Shown here: in pieces, positions 17,908-18,633 of the stretch
Layout of the letters: each line of letters begins with the position of its first letter
How positions within the stretch are numbered: position 1 is the first letter of the stretch
Origin: Campylobacterota bacterium
GTDB lineage: Bacteria; Campylobacterota; Campylobacteria; Campylobacterales; Sulfurimonadaceae
DNA: 18,633 bases
Assembly (NCBI GenBank): GCA_034661055.1
Contig: JAYEKO010000037.1
Location: 1 to 18,633, forward strand
Direction of reading: 5' to 3'
Program-made: the position numbers and the translations under genes
The notes under the pieces: generated by a model
What the model saw: the letters and a program-made list of their open reading frames with translations, nothing else
Databases searched by the model: none
What the model was told of the DNA's origin: nothing

Positions 17908-17938
17908 AAATACATGTAAATTTTATTTACATGTATTT
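17908..17938. terminator. Perfect 14-bp inverted repeat between convergent genes; candidate bidirectional terminator
   Basis: AAATACATGTAAAT-TTT-ATTTACATGTATTT, between the infA stop (17892) and overlapping the stop of the convergent ORF (17937-17939). AT-rich, so terminator strength is uncertain. Confidence 0.55.
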
Positions 17939-18284
17939 ATGAAATTGTAAGTTCCCCCTCATTGAGGTAACTTACATGTAATTTATGTGACTCCTCTCCA
18001 TTAGAAACCTCAAAACAGACACTATACTTATCAGGAGATGTTACTTCTAATCGTGTAACAGTGTAATCTTCTATAGTATCATTTAGATTGAGTGTTATTT
18101 TTGAGCTTAGTTTATCCCAGTGTCTTATTGCTGTCTCTTCATCGTCATCATACAGACCGCTCTCATCAAAATCGATACTCTTATATTGCTCAGCAGTACG
18201 ACGAAGTTTAGAAAAAAGACGTTCATTTTCAATGAGTAGAGATTTTATTTGCTCAAAGAGTTCTTCATTAATACTGTTTGACAT
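17937..18284 (-). CDS. Acidic hypothetical protein, 115 aa
   Basis: Open frame with SD AAGGA about 5 nt upstream, 9 nt after the previous gene's stop. No family recognised. Confidence 0.75.
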   Translation of the reverse strand: MSNSINEELFEQIKSLLIENERLFSKLRRTAEQYKSIDFDESGLYDDDEETAIRHWDKLSSKITLNLNDTIEDYTVTRLEVTSPDKYSVCFEVSNGEESHKLHVSYLNEGELTIS

Positions 18285-18293
18285 AAAATTCCT

Positions 18294-18503
18294 TTATTTT
18301 TGAGGTTTAACTAGTTGTTTAATTTCACGAGGAAGTTGGGCAAATCCAATTTTTACCATCCCTTTTTGTGCATCATCTTCAATTATTTTTACATCGACAG
18401 CCATAGATGATGGATGAAAACGAATAAGTTTATATTTTATTTTATCAATTATGAAAAGAATATTTTCGCTTGAATACTCTATGCTTTTTTTCTTTTTTGC
18501 CAT
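18294..18503 (-). CDS. Small basic hypothetical protein, 69 aa (alternative start 18506)
   Basis: SD AAGGA (18514-18510) lies 6 nt before ATG 18503. The start overlaps the stop of the upstream CvfB-like gene (TGATG). Confidence 0.7.
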   Translation of the reverse strand: MAKKKKSIEYSSENILFIIDKIKYKLIRFHPSSMAVDVKIIEDDAQKGMVKIGFAQLPREIKQLVKPQK

Positions 18504-18633
18504 CATAGATCCTTAATATAGATGCCGGTCTCTTTAACTTCTATGCTTTGTTTATCTTGAAGCTCAGTCAGTGCACGCTTATAGCTCTTTTTGCTAAGAT
18601 GAAATATTTTTTTAATATCATCAGCATCACTTT
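18503..18633 (-). CDS. cvfB: 3' end of a CvfB/YitL-like S1 RNA-binding protein (winged-helix C-terminus), truncated by the window edge
   Basis: Not in the ORF track. Minus strand translates SDADDIKKIFHLSKKSYKRALTELQDKQSIEVKETGIYIKDL*, matching the CvfB C-terminal pattern 'S.pe.Ik..F..SK..fK.Al..L'. Confidence 0.75.
   Translation of the reverse strand, partial: SDADDIKKIFHLSKKSYKRALTELQDKQSIEVKETGIYIKDL

Larger units (their letters stand above)
2486..17980. repeat. Dispersed palindromic repeat TACATGTA (consensus WTACATGTAW), 11 copies
   Basis: Copies start at 2486, 2841, 3542, 4585, 5520, 5901, 6909, 7018, 17911, 17928 and 17973 (manual scan). None seen in 7240-17892. Confidence 0.9.

Noticed and set aside
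17893..17936. Hidden rpmJ (L36) after infA
   Set aside because: The gap is only 44 nt, and no MKV...CxxC-type ORF was seen there or in the following sequence.
2486..17980. TACATGTA copies as a CRISPR array, REP/MITE family or IS target sites
   Set aside because: Spacing is irregular, similarity does not extend beyond about 10-14 bp, most copies are in-frame parts of intact genes, and no cas or transposase gene is present.
1826..18303. Short shadow ORFs (1826-2050, 2153-2368, 3870-4094, 7275-7601, 9469-9681, 9759-9974, 10581-10853, 11383-11616, 13690-13881, 13795-14010, 14177-14422, 14605-14793, 14759-15133, 18088-18303)
   Set aside because: They are antisense or out-of-frame within well-supported genes, with no recognisable motifs. 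Such ORFs are expected by-products of codon bias.

Overview
AT-rich Campylobacterota (Epsilonproteobacteria) chromosomal window, most consistent with a Sulfurimonas-like genome. That placement is inferred from the short L3, absence of rpmD and adk, secY-map-infA order, and an ATPase-rnhB pair divergent from rpsJ. Positions 7240-17892 hold the fused S10-spc ribosomal protein operon (rpsJ to rplO, secY, map, infA), which stops after infA. The left 7 kb holds a partial polysaccharide pyruvyl transferase-like gene, a stand-alone fliD with a near-consensus sigma28 promoter, a probably leaderless nucleosidase-like + SDR pair, the SRP RNA (ffs), two envelope proteins of unknown function, a small hypothetical gene, rnhB and an AAA-family ATPase. 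The right end holds two hypothetical genes and the 3' end of a CvfB-like gene. Two signals are not explained by the gene list. (1) The palindrome WTACATGTAW occurs 11 times by manual scan, in coding and non-coding DNA outside the ribosomal operon and never inside it, with two copies forming an inverted repeat after infA; this resembles HIP1 or DNA-uptake sequences. (2) The rpsN-rpsH junction forms a long RNA hairpin reproducing the 16S rRNA helix-21 S8-binding core (AAGUC/GAAACU), a candidate S8 autoregulatory operator at a different position from the E. coli one. All calls come from reading the sequence; no searches were run.
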